Part shown: piece by piece, positions 62,672 to 64,000 of the stretch | Layout: each line of letters starts with the position of its first letter | How positions within the stretch are numbered: the first letter of the stretch is position 1 | Translations under genes and position numbers: made by a program | Source of the DNA: Candidatus Bathyarchaeota archaeon | Lineage (GTDB): Archaea; Thermoproteota; Bathyarchaeia; Bathyarchaeales; Bathycorpusculaceae | Assembly (NCBI GenBank): GCA_963733095.1 | Contig: CAVTBV010000012.1 | Span: forward strand, 59,915 to 123,914 | Reading direction: 5' to 3' | Length of the DNA stretch: 64,000 bases | The notes under the pieces: model-generated | Databases searched by the model: none | What the model was told of the DNA's origin: nothing | The model's input: only the letters and a program-made list of their open reading frames with translations

Positions 62672-63710
62672 TTGACTAATTGGTTCGTAATTTATGACCT
62701 TCTAACTTACAATCAATATCGCATTTATGAGGATATGATTCTATGTGAAGCAAAATATTCTCGACGCAATAGTAGTCTTAGAACAAAACTTGTTGTCCCA
62801 TGTGAGAAGAAATTTTTTGACATAAAGGAAAATGATAGAGTGGTTTATTATGCTAGAGGCGCTGGAGTGATTGTGGGTATATTTAAGATTCTTTCAAGCA
62901 AAACATTTTTTATAAAAAGCCCAGATGTAGAAAGGTATCTTTTTGCAAAAAAAAATTAGAAAAATCAGAGGTTTAAAAGATGAATACTTGAATTTCAAAA
63001 AATTAATTTATAATTCAAATTTTAATGGAATAGATGTAAATGAAATGCTTGAAAAGAAAATGTCGTGGAGTATTCTAGATGATAATGATTACAGCAAAAT
63101 AGAACAGGCATATAATAACCGTTCTTACCAAATAAAAATCAAGAATAAGCCAAATGAATTTGGATCTCATGGTTGGATAATTGATCCAGAGGTTAGCAAT
63201 GGTATTCTTAGTTACTATAATGGACGAGCCACATCTTTCTCAAGTCTCTTTCTAGCTTCAATCTTTGGATTGCTAACTTTAGCAGCGATACTGCAATCAG
63301 TGTTTAGTCAACCAAATTTTACTCTAATGAATAATTGGGTTGTTTTACTGCTCTCATCATTCCTTTATTTTTTCTTCATCATAGTGGGTTATTACACCCT
63401 AAATACATACTTTCATTATACGGGCATAGCTGATAGAATAAAGAATTTCGCATTAGACATTCCTTATCTAAAGGAACTGGAGAAAGTGTGGGCTGTTGGT
63501 GAAAAAGACAATCGCTACTATGAAACTAATCTTTCACAAGTTATAATGGACAAGGAAAGACATTATAGTAATTCGTTATTGAAAAAATATATTCTTAGAC
63601 ATGCTGCATTATTCATTGGAGGATACATAATAGCACTCTTAGCGTTAAGTTTACTAATATATTGGAATCTACTATTACAATTTTGGAGCATTATTAGTAA
63701 ATTCATGTGA
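62672..63710 (+). CDS. EVE/PUA-like domain fused to a 3-TM membrane domain, split at an A9 run (62947-62955)
   Basis: IKENDRVVYYA....IVGIFKI.S is EVE-like; deleting one A joins it to IRKIRG...YLNFKKL...W.IL...DY..I and the TM helices. Confidence 0.6.
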
Positions 63711-64000
63711 AAATCAATAATGCTCAATATCTACCTACTTGGTTTTGTTAGGGTCTAATCTTGCAAGGAAACGCTTAATATTGAAAATGCTTTACTGAGA
63801 GTTGGATTAAAAATTTTTTATGTGGCAATCTTAAGAACAAAGCCAGCATTTAATTATAACCCGTGCTAATAGTTGATGGCGTCAAGTACAAGCCTTGGAC
63901 TCATAAAGATGAAGAGAAAGAATTCCATCCATTAGTAAAAGCACACAATCATATGGGCTAACAAAGAGGAATAGAGAATGGTTAAAGTTTCAAAGGATGG

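Larger units (their letters stand above)
56200..64000. mobile_element. AT-rich integrase-associated island; boundaries approximate, may extend left to ~54.5 kb and runs off the right end
   Basis: Integrase-like gene, unrelated cargo, repeats, several disrupted ORFs and visibly lower GC. Confidence 0.6.

Overview
Archaeal chromosomal window, most likely Bathyarchaeia. The taxon is inferred from gene content and style (egsA, top6A/B, cbf5, eL14, trmY, dph6, aIF5B, ABCE1, an eL22-like ORF, stand-alone receiver domains, GGAGGTG Shine-Dalgarno sites, Bathyarchaeia-type integrase tail); no database search was run. Intact core genes for lipid backbone synthesis, translation and RNA modification, topoisomerase VI, Fe(II) uptake, Ser/Gly metabolism and proteostasis alternate with many small, decayed accessory genes. 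There are four tRNA genes: Thr-UGU, Thr-CGU, Pro-UGG and an intron-containing Ser-GGA. No rRNA or CRISPR array was seen. Two accessory zones stand out. (i) About 41.2-48.1 kb is a stress-gene accretion hotspot at the tRNA-Ser 3' end: an 18-bp att duplication, an integrase C-terminal remnant, Fur and KatA relics, a GC-rich katG, and nitroreductase, SDR and ArsR genes. (ii) About 54.5-64 kb is an AT-rich island with an atypical tyrosine recombinase, cargo genes punctuated by a ~60-bp repeat, and a frameshifted EVE-transmembrane fusion. The most unusual observations are both tRNA-Thr genes carrying a co-varied non-canonical elbow (A18, T-loop AGCAAGG), the cassette-like repeat array behind the recombinase, the EVE-TM fusion, a split SGNH + AT3 O-acetylation-like pair, a Dph6-glutaminase operon, an acidic Trp microprotein upstream of ABCE1, and two long intergenic hairpins.
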